From: an uncultured Saprospiraceae bacterium
Lineage (GTDB): Bacteria; Bacteroidota; Bacteroidia; Chitinophagales; Saprospiraceae
Reading direction: 5' to 3'
Assembly: GCA_937973945.1 (NCBI GenBank)
Contig: CALJIY010000073.1
Coordinates: forward strand, 1 to 48,945
DNA length: 48,945 bases
Shown here: one piece after another, positions 1-8,773 of the stretch
Position numbering within the stretch: position 1 is the stretch's first letter
Layout: every line of letters starts with the position of its first letter
Position numbers and translations under genes: made by a program
The notes under the pieces: model-generated
The model's input: only the letters and a program-made list of their open reading frames with translations
Databases searched by the model: none
What the model was told of the DNA's origin: nothing

Positions 1-243
1 TTTATGGCATTAGCTTGTTATTGGTCAGGACAAAAATATTATGCGATTCCTTATCCGTTAGCAAAGATGATACGCTATATATTGATTGCAGTTGGATTCT
101 ATTTTGTCAGTCTATGGATGGAGACACAATTACTAGATAATACCTTTTTTGTGTTGAGTGTCAACACCTTTTTATTAGCAGCGTATCTAGGGCTTGTCTA
201 TCTAATGGATGGTAAGGAGATTAAAAAAATATTGGTAAGCTAA
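1..243 (+). CDS. C-terminal fragment of a polytopic membrane protein (5' end outside window)
   Basis: The frame is open from base 1 to TAA at 241-243. The tail is hydrophobic helices (IRYILIAVGFYFVSLWM, FFVLSVNTFLLAAYLGLVYL). No family-specific motif is visible. Confidence 0.4.
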   Translation, partial: FMALACYWSGQKYYAIPYPLAKMIRYILIAVGFYFVSLWMETQLLDNTFFVLSVNTFLLAAYLGLVYLMDGKEIKKILVS

Positions 244-332
244 AATGAAGACAAGGGGGGGCGTTGAGCAACAAAAAGCGTTTCCGTTTCTGCTACCCAA
301 CCACAAAATGGAGGGCAATGACCAAGTTTTAG

Positions 333-701
333 TCAAAATTTAAAGGACTGAAGTATGAGTGCTACAAATATTAAAATAGATATAGCCGCTACCATCGAGC
401 CTATTTTTTGATAGAAGAATTTTCTAGCTTCTTTTTTCTTATGCAAGTAAACAGGTGTATTCAAATTTTCATCCACGCCTAATTCATAGGTGAATCCGGC
501 TGATTTATTAGAGACTTTCAATTTACATAAATGTTCGTCAATACAAAAAGAATAAGTCTTTGACTCCTGTACATTAAAATCTACTAGCATTACTTTAGAA
601 TTACAGTGTACAACTAAATGTCCAGAATCTGCGCCGTGCAAGATGCCAACAACATGTTGTCTTCCGTAATCATCCCAGTACGTCCAATGTGATTGATTCA
701 T
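333..701 (-). CDS. Hypothetical protein with C-terminal membrane anchor
   Basis: 122-aa ORF with an ATG start and a C-terminal hydrophobic helix (GSMVAAISILIFVALILQSF). No recognisable catalytic motif. Confidence 0.4.
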   Translation of the reverse strand: MNQSHWTYWDDYGRQHVVGILHGADSGHLVVHCNSKVMLVDFNVQESKTYSFCIDEHLCKLKVSNKSAGFTYELGVDENLNTPVYLHKKKEARKFFYQKIGSMVAAISILIFVALILQSFKF

Positions 702-1155
702 TTTAGTGGTGTTTGTTCATAGTTAAGAACGAGAAACAACTTACTTATAATAGTAGTTTATTCTTAATTGTAAGGTTGTTTAGGGTTCTGTAGGGAAAAT
801 CCCTAACTAATAAGTAGCCAATAAAACTTGCAGGAATATTAAAATATACGTAGGTGTAGGTTAAAGACGTGGTATGTAGGACAAGGTTAAAAATGCCTGT
901 TGCATCCCTTATTGCTTTTCAAGATACAGCAATTTTATAAAGAATGCCATTGATTCCTAAATATTAACATTTTTTGAGCTACAAAGTAAAGGCAGACCAA
1001 TAGCTACACTTACAAATAATGTACATTTGCGGTTTATTTGTATTTAGTAACGACAAAATAGTCTCATCCAGATGACCAATTTATTTTTTCGTCGTTACTT
1101 GGAGGGAATTGGATAGAAGTTTATTTAGAGATAGTAGACACGGAACAAATAACAA

Positions 1156-2079
1156 ATGACAGGAGAATTACTTACATATATAGGCATCTTTGCCGTTAGT
1201 TTATTTGCTTTATTACAAGCATCAGACTTTTTTGTGGCATCTGCAGAAAAAATTGGATTATCCTTTGGGATTCCTCCCTTTATCATTGGGGTTACCGTAG
1301 TTGCATTTGGTACATCCTTACCAGAATTAGCCTCTTCTATTGCAGCCGTTGTAGAAGGATCTTCCGACATCGTCATAGGAAATGTGGTAGGCTCCAATAT
1401 AGCAAATGTGGCTTTGGTTTTAGGCTTAGTCGCTATCATAGGAAAAGAAATTAAAGTGCATGACACCATTATGCATGCAGATATTCCGCTACTCGTATTG
1501 TCTGCGTTTTTACTTTGGTTTGTAGTCTATGACGGGAAAGTAACGATCTTTGAAGCCATCTTTTTATTGATTGCATTGGTCATCTTTTTATTACATTCTC
1601 TAACAGGTAATAAAGAGGAAGAGGTGGAGCGGCCAAAAATTACTTGGCAAACAATAGTCATATTACTAGCAAGTGCCGTGGTGATTAAATTTGGTGCAGA
1701 TTATACGGTATTAGGAATTGTTAAACTATCGGGTTTAATGGGTATTGGTTCTGCCGTAATAGCGCAAAGTTTGGTGGCATTGGGTACTTCCTTACCTGAA
1801 GTCTTTGTCAGTATCGCTGCGATTAAAAAAGGGCAGACGGATATGGCCGTTGGCAATGTCCTAGGCTCAAATATTTTTAATACCTACGCCGTCATGTCGA
1901 TCCCTGCATTTATTGGTCCTTTGGTGATTCCACCAGATGTATTACAATTTAGTTTGCCATATATGATTGCCTTGACGATTGCGCTAGCCGTTATGTGTAT
2001 CTCTAGGACTATTTGTAGGTGGGAAGGGTATATGTTGATTTTATTTTATGTTTTCTTTTTAGTGAAGCTTTTTGCTTAG
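1156..2079 (+). CDS. Ca2+/cation antiporter (CaCA, YrbG-type sodium/calcium exchanger membrane protein)
   Basis: About ten hydrophobic helices in two halves. Each half carries the CaCA alpha-repeat signature (GTSLPELASS...GNVVGSNIANV and GTSLPEVFVS...GNVLGSNIFN). Confidence 0.85.
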   Translation: MTGELLTYIGIFAVSLFALLQASDFFVASAEKIGLSFGIPPFIIGVTVVAFGTSLPELASSIAAVVEGSSDIVIGNVVGSNIANVALVLGLVAIIGKEIKVHDTIMHADIPLLVLSAFLLWFVVYDGKVTIFEAIFLLIALVIFLLHSLTGNKEEEVERPKITWQTIVILLASAVVIKFGADYTVLGIVKLSGLMGIGSAVIAQSLVALGTSLPEVFVSIAAIKKGQTDMAVGNVLGSNIFNTYAVMSIPAFIGPLVIPPDVLQFSLPYMIALTIALAVMCISRTICRWEGYMLILFYVFFLVKLFA

Positions 2080-2094
2080 GTAATAAGTTAGAAA

Positions 2095-2129
2095 GTTCAA
2101 GTATCAAGACCAAGTTCAAAACTCACAAG
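2095..2129. repeat. Family D-like half element (tandem CAAG units, no clear inverted partner)
   Basis: The sequence gttCAAGtatCAAGacCAAGttCAAaactcaCAAG lies just after the stop of the CaCA gene. It uses the same word set as the palindrome at 42613-42669. Confidence 0.45.
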
Positions 2130-2199
2130 CCGTTGACAACCAAATTTGTATAGAACTACCGTCGTATTTTGACACAGTTTATTTAACAATCTTCAATAC

Positions 2200-2859
2200 T
2201 TAGTTATTTTCCATCATTCTTTTTGTGTTATTTAATAACTCTACAAATTCACTCAACATCATTGCTGTTGCTCCCCATACGACCTTGTTATATACATCGA
2301 AATAAGGAACGTTTTTTATCGCCACTGTCCGTATTGTTAAATCTTTGATCCGTCGATTCTTGACATCTAAGAGCAACTTAATTGGTACTTCTACAATTTC
2401 CTTTACTTCCGTTTCTTGTGAAATGAAAGAAGGCGTATAGCTTAAAACACCCAGAAAGGGATGGACATGAAAGTTGCTAACGGGGATATATAAAGGGGTT
2501 AATTTTCCTAATAAGCTAATATCTTCTCTAGGAATACCGACTTCTTCTTCTGTTTCCCTTAATGCACACGCCTCATACGTTTCTCCTTCTTCTAATTTCC
2601 CTCCTGGAAAACTCATTTGCCCACTATGTTGGTCCTTATTGTTGGAGACTCGTTCCATTAATACCAAATACCATTCTTCTTCTTTTACATATAATAGACA
2701 TAGTACGCAGGCTTTCTTTGCAGTATTGGGTACCGTAGGAAATTTGGTTCTATTCCCAGAGGCCATTTGGGCTTGTGCAGCTTGACCTGGCAGCTTGTTA
2801 TCTAATTGCTGTTTTAACGCTGTGAGGAAGTCGGTATTTGTTATACTGTTTTTTGTCAT
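2200..2859 (-). CDS. Nudix hydrolase, CoA pyrophosphatase type
   Basis: Nudix box GGKLEEGETYEACALRETEEEVGI. It is preceded by the CoA-pyrophosphatase-type motif LMERVSNNKDQHSGQMSFPGG. Confidence 0.8.
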   Translation of the reverse strand: MTKNSITNTDFLTALKQQLDNKLPGQAAQAQMASGNRTKFPTVPNTAKKACVLCLLYVKEEEWYLVLMERVSNNKDQHSGQMSFPGGKLEEGETYEACALRETEEEVGIPREDISLLGKLTPLYIPVSNFHVHPFLGVLSYTPSFISQETEVKEIVEVPIKLLLDVKNRRIKDLTIRTVAIKNVPYFDVYNKVVWGATAMMLSEFVELLNNTKRMMENN

Positions 2860-2883
2860 GGGGTTAAATTAATTAAAGCTCTT

Positions 2884-3591
2884 CTAGTAAATCAAAAATA
2901 CAACAGGTCGTTTATGCACATCGGGAAGTGTTGTTTTTTTCCAGTCTGCAATTTGCTTAGTAACGATATATTGAGAAGACAAGGTTAGGTCCATTGCAAT
3001 ACAGAAATGCGTATGCCCATTTAAATGTTTAAAAGCTTGTTCAATAATTTGTGTATTTCGATAAGGCGTTTCTATAAAAATTTGGGTCTGTTTATATTTT
3101 TTTGCGGTAATTTCTAGACGTTTTAATTCTTTAGGAAGCTGCTCTTTTTTAGGCGTTAAATAGCCATGAAATGCGAATTGCTGCCCACTCATTCCAGATC
3201 CCATTAAAGCTAACAAAATAGAAGATGGGCCTACTAATGGAACCACTTCTATCCCTTGTTGATGTGCTAATTTAACGATCTCTGCACCAGGGTCTGCTAC
3301 CCCAGGACAGCCTGCTTCCGATAACAATCCAATATCTATTCCATCATTGGCATCCTTTAAATATTGCTGCCATTCTGAGGGATCAATCCGTTTATTTAAC
3401 TCAAAAAACACCAATTCTTGAATAGGAATAGGATGTTTAGTAGCTTTGATAAAATGTCTAGCTGTCTTTGCTTTTTCCGCAATAAAGATGGACAAACCAT
3501 GTATAATATCCAATACATATTGAGGCAACACGGCTAATCCTTCTGCTCCTAAAGGAGTGGGTAGTAAATAAAGTTTACCTTTTGGCTGCAT
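2884..3591 (-). CDS. SAM-dependent methyltransferase, tetrapyrrole-methylase fold (RsmI/YraL-like)
   Basis: N-terminal GKLYLLPTPLG and SEAGCPGVADPG motifs are typical of the TP_methylase superfamily. Length is 235 aa. Confidence 0.7.
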   Translation of the reverse strand: MQPKGKLYLLPTPLGAEGLAVLPQYVLDIIHGLSIFIAEKAKTARHFIKATKHPIPIQELVFFELNKRIDPSEWQQYLKDANDGIDIGLLSEAGCPGVADPGAEIVKLAHQQGIEVVPLVGPSSILLALMGSGMSGQQFAFHGYLTPKKEQLPKELKRLEITAKKYKQTQIFIETPYRNTQIIEQAFKHLNGHTHFCIAMDLTLSSQYIVTKQIADWKKTTLPDVHKRPVVFLIY

Positions 3592-3669
3592 TTTGAGTGA
3601 TTTTTTCTAATTTATTCGGACATTACACGCTAGGTTTCTGCTTTAAACGTTTAAAACCCTATATGTTTT

Positions 3670-3779
3670 AGAAGCGAGAGCAGAGAATAGAGACGTATTC
3701 CGTTTAAACCTGCCAAGGCACGCAGGCAGGAAACAACGAATTTCGTCTGTTCTGGAAAAAATACGCCTCTATTCTCTGC
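3670..3779. repeat. Family B nested palindrome (copy B1) enclosing an E-motif mini-palindrome
   Basis: Left arm AGAAGCGAGAGCAGAGAATAGAGACG (3670-3695) pairs with right arm CCTCTATTCTCTGC (3766-3779). An inner pair is GACGTATTCCGTTT / AAACAACGAATTTCGTC. The centre is AACCTGCCAAGGCACGCAGGCAGG (3707-3730). Confidence 0.85.
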
Positions 3780-3875
3780 ATACAAATTTCAAACATACTC
3801 TTAAGAAAACAATAATACACACTAGGTAACGACAAAACAACTGCTTTTGCGTTCCAAACAGCAAGAAATAAACAA

Positions 3876-6374
3876 ATGGCTTTTGACAATCCTCAAGAAG
3901 ACACCCCTTCTTTTTTAGAAAAAGTAAAGGATCGCCTACGTCCAATGTATCATAAATGGGTCGCATTCAAAACAGCTCGTCCTAAAACAGCTTGGCTTGG
4001 CCTAATTGGAGGTAGTACTTTTCTCTTCGGTTTTATATTCATATTCACCTTTTATGCCCTTATTCGATTCGAAATCATTGATGAGTTGCCTAGCGGCAAT
4101 GATTTAGCAGCTATAGAAAATAGCATTGCTTCAGAAGTCTATTCAGAAGACCGACAATTATTAGGTAAGTACTATATTCAAAATAGGATTAATGCCAACC
4201 TTGAAGACATTTCTCCTGTCTTGGTCAATGCCTTAGTTGCTACGGAAGATGCTAGATTCTTTGAGCATGGAGGTGTCGATTTTAGAAGTTGGTTTAGGGT
4301 ATTCTTTAAATCAATCTTATTACAAGATGATGATTCTGGAGGAGGTAGTACTTTAAGTCAACAACTAGCTAAAAATTTATACCCAAGAAAACGCTATCGT
4401 TTTTTATCCCTACCTGTAAATAAGGTTCGAGAGATGATCGTAGCTAGGCGGCTCGAGCGCATTTATAGCAAAAAAGAGCTATTGGCGATGTATTTAAATA
4501 CCGTCTCTTTTAGCGACAATACCTTTGGTATAAAAGTAGCCACTAAACGCTTTTTTAATACCAATCCTAAAAATGTACGAGCAGAAGAAGCAGCGGTATT
4601 AGTAGGCATGCTAAAAGGAACAAGTATTTTTAATCCAATCAATCATCCAGAAAGATCGCTAAAAAGAAGAAATGTAGTCCTTAGCCAAATGAATCGCTAT
4701 GGTTATTTAGTGGGCAATCCTATTGATTCCCTCCAAGCTTTACCGCTTAATTTGAGCTATAAGAAAGAAGGGAATACAGAAGGAACAGCTACCTATTTTA
4801 GAGAACATCTACGACTAGAGTTAAATAAATTATTAAAGGATCACAAAAAGGAAGATGGCAGTAATTATAATCTATATAAAGATGGCTTAAAGATTTATAC
4901 CACAATTGATTCTCGTTTACAGCTCTTTGCAGAAGAGGCGGTAGCCGAGCATATGCGAGATTTACAAGCCACTTTTTTTAGGCATTGGAAGCAAGGAAAA
5001 CCATGGGGAAGTGATAAAGAAATTCAAAAAATAGTAGAACAAACCCCTTTATACCAACGGCTCAAAAAAGAGGGAAAACCCAAAGGGATTATTGATGAAG
5101 TATTAAGACAACCCAAGAAAATGACCATCTTCACTTGGGATGGCGATCAAGAGAAGGAAATGAGTGTCGTAGATTCTATTAAATATTACCAATCTTTATT
5201 GAATACTGGTTTTTTAGCAACGAATCCTAGAGACGGTCGAATCAAAGCTTGGATAGGGGGTATTGATAATAAGTATTTTCAATACGACCATATTAAATCT
5301 AAGCGTCAACCAGGTTCTACCTTTAAGCCATTGGTTTATGCTGCGGCACTCCAACAAGAAATTCCACCTTGTGAATATAACTATAACCGATTAGTTACTT
5401 ATACAGAGTATGATGATTGGACACCAGAAAATTCAGATGGAAAATACGACGGGGTCTATTCTATGGAAGGCGCTTTAAGTAATTCCGTAAACGCTGTTAC
5501 GGTCGATATGATGATGCGCGTAGGCATAGCGTCGGTAAAAACATTGGCTCAACAAATGGGAATTAGTTCAACTATTCCTGATGTTCCCTCCATTGCCTTA
5601 GGTACAGCAGAAGTCTCCTTGTATGATATGGTCCAAGTGTACAGCACCTTTGCGAATCAAGGCGCGCGTCAAGCACTTTCTTTTATTAGAAGAATTGAAA
5701 CAAAAGAAGGGGAAGTCTTAATAGATTTTGACGAAGAAGAACGGGTTACAGAACAAGTGTTAACGCCAGCGCAAGCTATGATGATGACCAAAATGCTACA
5801 GTCGGTTGTGGATAGTGGTACCGCTCGTCGGCTTAGATTCAGGTATGATTTACAGAATGATATTGCTGGAAAAACAGGCACTACTCAAAACCATTCTGAT
5901 GGCTGGTTTATTGGATATACACCTGATTTAGTAGCAGGTGCATGGGTAGGGGCAGAGTCGCCTGCCGTGCGATTCAGAACGATTACTCTTGGGCAAGGTG
6001 CTAATACCGCACTTCCGATTTGGGGTAGATTCATGAAGAAAGTTTATGGACATCCTGCTTTTAAAGCTTCTTATCAATCTACTTTCCCTACACTTCCTGA
6101 TTCTATACAATGGCAAATGGATTGTCCCCCATATTTAGCTGACATGCCAATTTATGAAGCCCTTCCTTTACTAGAGGGAGAAGAAACAATAGAGAATGTG
6201 TTTGATTGGATTTTTAAAAATAAAAGAGGAGAGGAAATAAAGATTAATGAAGGGCCCTCTACTCAAGAAGAAAACAGAAAAAAACAAACTCCGAAAGCTA
6301 AAAAAAGAAGGACCAAACCCAAGAAGAAAAAGAAAAAGAAAGGGTTATTTAAAAGAATTTTTGGAGGGAATTAG
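3876..6374 (+). CDS. Class A penicillin-binding protein (bifunctional glycosyltransferase/transpeptidase, PBP1A type)
   Basis: N-terminal TM anchor. GT51 motifs are EDARFFEHGGVD and GGSTLSQQLAKN. Transpeptidase motifs are STFKP (SxxK), SNS (SxN) and KTGTT (KTG). The C-terminal tail is lysine-rich. Confidence 0.92.
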   Translation: MAFDNPQEDTPSFLEKVKDRLRPMYHKWVAFKTARPKTAWLGLIGGSTFLFGFIFIFTFYALIRFEIIDELPSGNDLAAIENSIASEVYSEDRQLLGKYYIQNRINANLEDISPVLVNALVATEDARFFEHGGVDFRSWFRVFFKSILLQDDDSGGGSTLSQQLAKNLYPRKRYRFLSLPVNKVREMIVARRLERIYSKKELLAMYLNTVSFSDNTFGIKVATKRFFNTNPKNVRAEEAAVLVGMLKGTSIFNPINHPERSLKRRNVVLSQMNRYGYLVGNPIDSLQALPLNLSYKKEGNTEGTATYFREHLRLELNKLLKDHKKEDGSNYNLYKDGLKIYTTIDSRLQLFAEEAVAEHMRDLQATFFRHWKQGKPWGSDKEIQKIVEQTPLYQRLKKEGKPKGIIDEVLRQPKKMTIFTWDGDQEKEMSVVDSIKYYQSLLNTGFLATNPRDGRIKAWIGGIDNKYFQYDHIKSKRQPGSTFKPLVYAAALQQEIPPCEYNYNRLVTYTEYDDWTPENSDGKYDGVYSMEGALSNSVNAVTVDMMMRVGIASVKTLAQQMGISSTIPDVPSIALGTAEVSLYDMVQVYSTFANQGARQALSFIRRIETKEGEVLIDFDEEERVTEQVLTPAQAMMMTKMLQSVVDSGTARRLRFRYDLQNDIAGKTGTTQNHSDGWFIGYTPDLVAGAWVGAESPAVRFRTITLGQGANTALPIWGRFMKKVYGHPAFKASYQSTFPTLPDSIQWQMDCPPYLADMPIYEALPLLEGEETIENVFDWIFKNKRGEEIKINEGPSTQEENRKKQTPKAKKRRTKPKKKKKKKGLFKRIFGGN

Positions 6375-6401
6375 AATTGGGAGGATAGGGCAATTTTATT
6401 A

Positions 6402-6458
6402 GAACACGGAGGCACAGAGCGCACAGAGGTCTATAGTGTGCTCCGTGCTTCCGTGTTC
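6402..6458. repeat. Family A palindrome (copy A1)
   Basis: GAACACGGAGGCACAGAGCGCACAGAGG, a short spacer, then GTGTGCTCCGTGCTTCCGTGTTC. It lies between convergent stops at 6374 and 6480. Confidence 0.9.
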
Positions 6459-6479
6459 TAAAAAAAACAAGTATCTCTA

Positions 6480-8378
6480 TTACTCTTTCAAGACCTGCAA
6501 ACGCTCAATCTCCTCTTCCCCAGCCTTTACCACAAGTACATACTCGCCCTTCGGCAATTGGCTAATATCCAAAGATTTTAGATAATTCTTAGGCTCTTGA
6601 TTGATTAATTGATTGCGGAATACTTCTTTTCGTCGGTCATTAAATAATTGAAAACTAACGGCACAATCTTCAAGAATCTGGTATTTGATTTGTACCCGTC
6701 CGTTATTATCTACCGTCACTTTTTGACTATTCTTACTTTCCCCATCTAGTTTAGGAACAGGGGGATGGTAATAACTTACTTGGCCATTAGTTGACTTATA
6801 TTTCAATCGGTATTTTATATATTTTCCCTGTGCAGTAATACCTAAGCCTGCATCTCGAAATTGATAGGTAGGGTTTTTATTGCTATTATTAGATTTGCCT
6901 TGCATCTTCGCTATTGTCATATAAGTACCCCCACCTATTGATCGCTGTATTTCGTATTGCAATTGCATAGGTTCTCGATTAGCTAGCCAGTTCACTTCAA
7001 TATCATTTCCTACTAAGGACGCATTAAATTGCTTTATCTCTATTGGAGGAATCGTAGTTGTTCTGGCGACAAAACTATTGCCTGTAAAGTTTTGAGTACC
7101 ATAATTAACAGGGCTAGCTGCCCCTTTATTTTTCACATAAATCGTACTTTCTCCATTGGGACTCCATATGTTTAATTGCGAGGGAATCGCAAACACATTA
7201 AAAGGATCTGAATGAGGCACTAAATCTGCTCCATCCGTTTTCACGGTCCGTATCTCTATACCATCCCGATCTATGAATAACCACTTAAATTGATTGAAAC
7301 TACCACTTGCTCTAGTCCAAGGTTTAGGATCATTAGCTGCCCTCAAGGGAGCACCCCAACAGCCTTCTCCTAGATAGATCGTACCATTTTCATCATCTCT
7401 AGCAAATCCTTCATAGCTATTAGGCCCTTTGGATGGCTTAATTGGGTAGGTCGTCTTCACAACATGCGCATCAGATTCTACGACTACTTGAACTTTAAAT
7501 TTATGAAACAAGGTTGCCCAGTTTAGTAACTGTTCATTCTTTTCTGGTTTGCCCTTTGTATGTGGTCTAATGGTGTGGTGGTATTGTGCCATTCTCCACT
7601 GTACAGCAGTATTTTGTTGTAAATCATTCGCCAACCATCGTTGTTGTTTGCCACCAGCAGGAATTAAAGAATTTAAAGTGTATACCCTCAATAAATCAGT
7701 GCCAAAAGTAAAAGCATAAAAGACATCTTTTGTATGCACATCAAATAAATCCATTAAGGTTTTATTAGCATATTCGTGGTTTCCTCTTGTTACAACAATA
7801 GGTGTTAGCTTACCATCTTTAGAAATGGTGTGCTGCCAATCATCAAACCATACAGGCCATTGCTTATCATTATCTGCTCCAGTCATATCTCCACCAAACA
7901 AGACGAAATGAGGTTGTAATTTACCGACTAACTTATTAGCATTAATACGTCCTTCTCTGTGGTTTCTAGAATCGCCACCAGCAATAATTGAAAGACGAGT
8001 GTATGGAGAGGAAGGAGCCGTTTGAAAAGAATATACTTTAGAACTGCCTCTATTGTCATTGACTTTAAAAAAGTAACGCGTATTGGGCGTCAAGCCTGTC
8101 AAGCGAACAAAGTGATTATTCATACCCTTGATCTGGAGTACTTTATCAGGTATTCTAGCTTTTGCGTATCCTTCAAATCGTTGCCCTTGTAACTGGTGAG
8201 GCGCATAATAAAGAACAGGATTAGTGCCGACTATTTGATCCCAAGCTACAACCATAGAGGTAGTTGGGTCTTCACGCCACATGCATCTAAGTCGTGCTAT
8301 TTCTGCAAAAGCAGTATCCATACAGACAATAACAACAATTAGAATTAGTACTATATTTTTTATATTCTTACTGAACAT
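6480..8378 (-). CDS. Secreted metallophosphoesterase (purple-acid-phosphatase-like) with T9SS C-terminal sorting domain
   Basis: Signal peptide. Metallophosphoesterase motifs are GGDSRN, GGDMTG, GNHEY and ESDAHV. An FN3-like N-terminal module is present. The C-terminal beta-sandwich ends ...LPKGEYVLVVKAGEEEIERLQVLKE, typical of T9SS cargo. Confidence 0.75.
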   Translation of the reverse strand: MFSKNIKNIVLILIVVIVCMDTAFAEIARLRCMWREDPTTSMVVAWDQIVGTNPVLYYAPHQLQGQRFEGYAKARIPDKVLQIKGMNNHFVRLTGLTPNTRYFFKVNDNRGSSKVYSFQTAPSSPYTRLSIIAGGDSRNHREGRINANKLVGKLQPHFVLFGGDMTGADNDKQWPVWFDDWQHTISKDGKLTPIVVTRGNHEYANKTLMDLFDVHTKDVFYAFTFGTDLLRVYTLNSLIPAGGKQQRWLANDLQQNTAVQWRMAQYHHTIRPHTKGKPEKNEQLLNWATLFHKFKVQVVVESDAHVVKTTYPIKPSKGPNSYEGFARDDENGTIYLGEGCWGAPLRAANDPKPWTRASGSFNQFKWLFIDRDGIEIRTVKTDGADLVPHSDPFNVFAIPSQLNIWSPNGESTIYVKNKGAASPVNYGTQNFTGNSFVARTTTIPPIEIKQFNASLVGNDIEVNWLANREPMQLQYEIQRSIGGGTYMTIAKMQGKSNNSNKNPTYQFRDAGLGITAQGKYIKYRLKYKSTNGQVSYYHPPVPKLDGESKNSQKVTVDNNGRVQIKYQILEDCAVSFQLFNDRRKEVFRNQLINQEPKNYLKSLDISQLPKGEYVLVVKAGEEEIERLQVLKE

Positions 8379-8734
8379 CGCAGGCTTAACTATTTTTGAT
8401 TACAGCAATACTGTAATATTGGAATTTAGATTTCTGGTTGCTGAAAACAGCTATGAGGTTGGAGACATTATCTAGGTGAAGCTTTTTTTAGTAAACGCAA
8501 AAATTGCCCCAGAAATGTATTTTTTCTCTTATATCATTATTTAATAACAAATTTAATACGTAAGCCAAATTTATTCAAACTCAAGTTAAACCTTTAAACA
8601 GACATTTCGTTGATTTCTATTGTTAAGGTACTTTTAAAGTTTAGTGGATATTAAGAATAACATAAGGATCACAAAAATACTAAATTCACCTTCAATAAGC
8701 CCCTTTAAAAAAGGTCCGTTTATAGGATAAGTTG

Positions 8735-8742
8735 TAATTTTG
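8735..8742 (+). promoter_or_regulatory. Candidate Bacteroidota -7 promoter box (TAnnTTTG) for glyA
   Basis: TAATTTTG lies 32 nt upstream of the glyA ATG. No clean -33 TTTG at canonical spacing was found. Confidence 0.3.
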
Positions 8743-8773
8743 CAAAACACAACAAAAAAATAGTAACAATATC

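Noticed and set aside
1046-1099. Inverted repeat AGTAACGAC(A)AAAA / TTTTCGTCGTTACT in the leader of the CaCA exchanger gene
   Set aside because: It has only 9 contiguous bp plus an A/T extension with a bulge, and a 27-nt loop. It resembles no riboswitch or repeat family that I can name, so it is too weak to call.
3704-3966. Two overlapping minus-strand ORFs (61 and 65 aa) upstream of the PBP gene
   Set aside because: They are read across the B1/E repeat (...FPACVPWQV is repeat-encoded), overlap each other, and overlap the PBP start.
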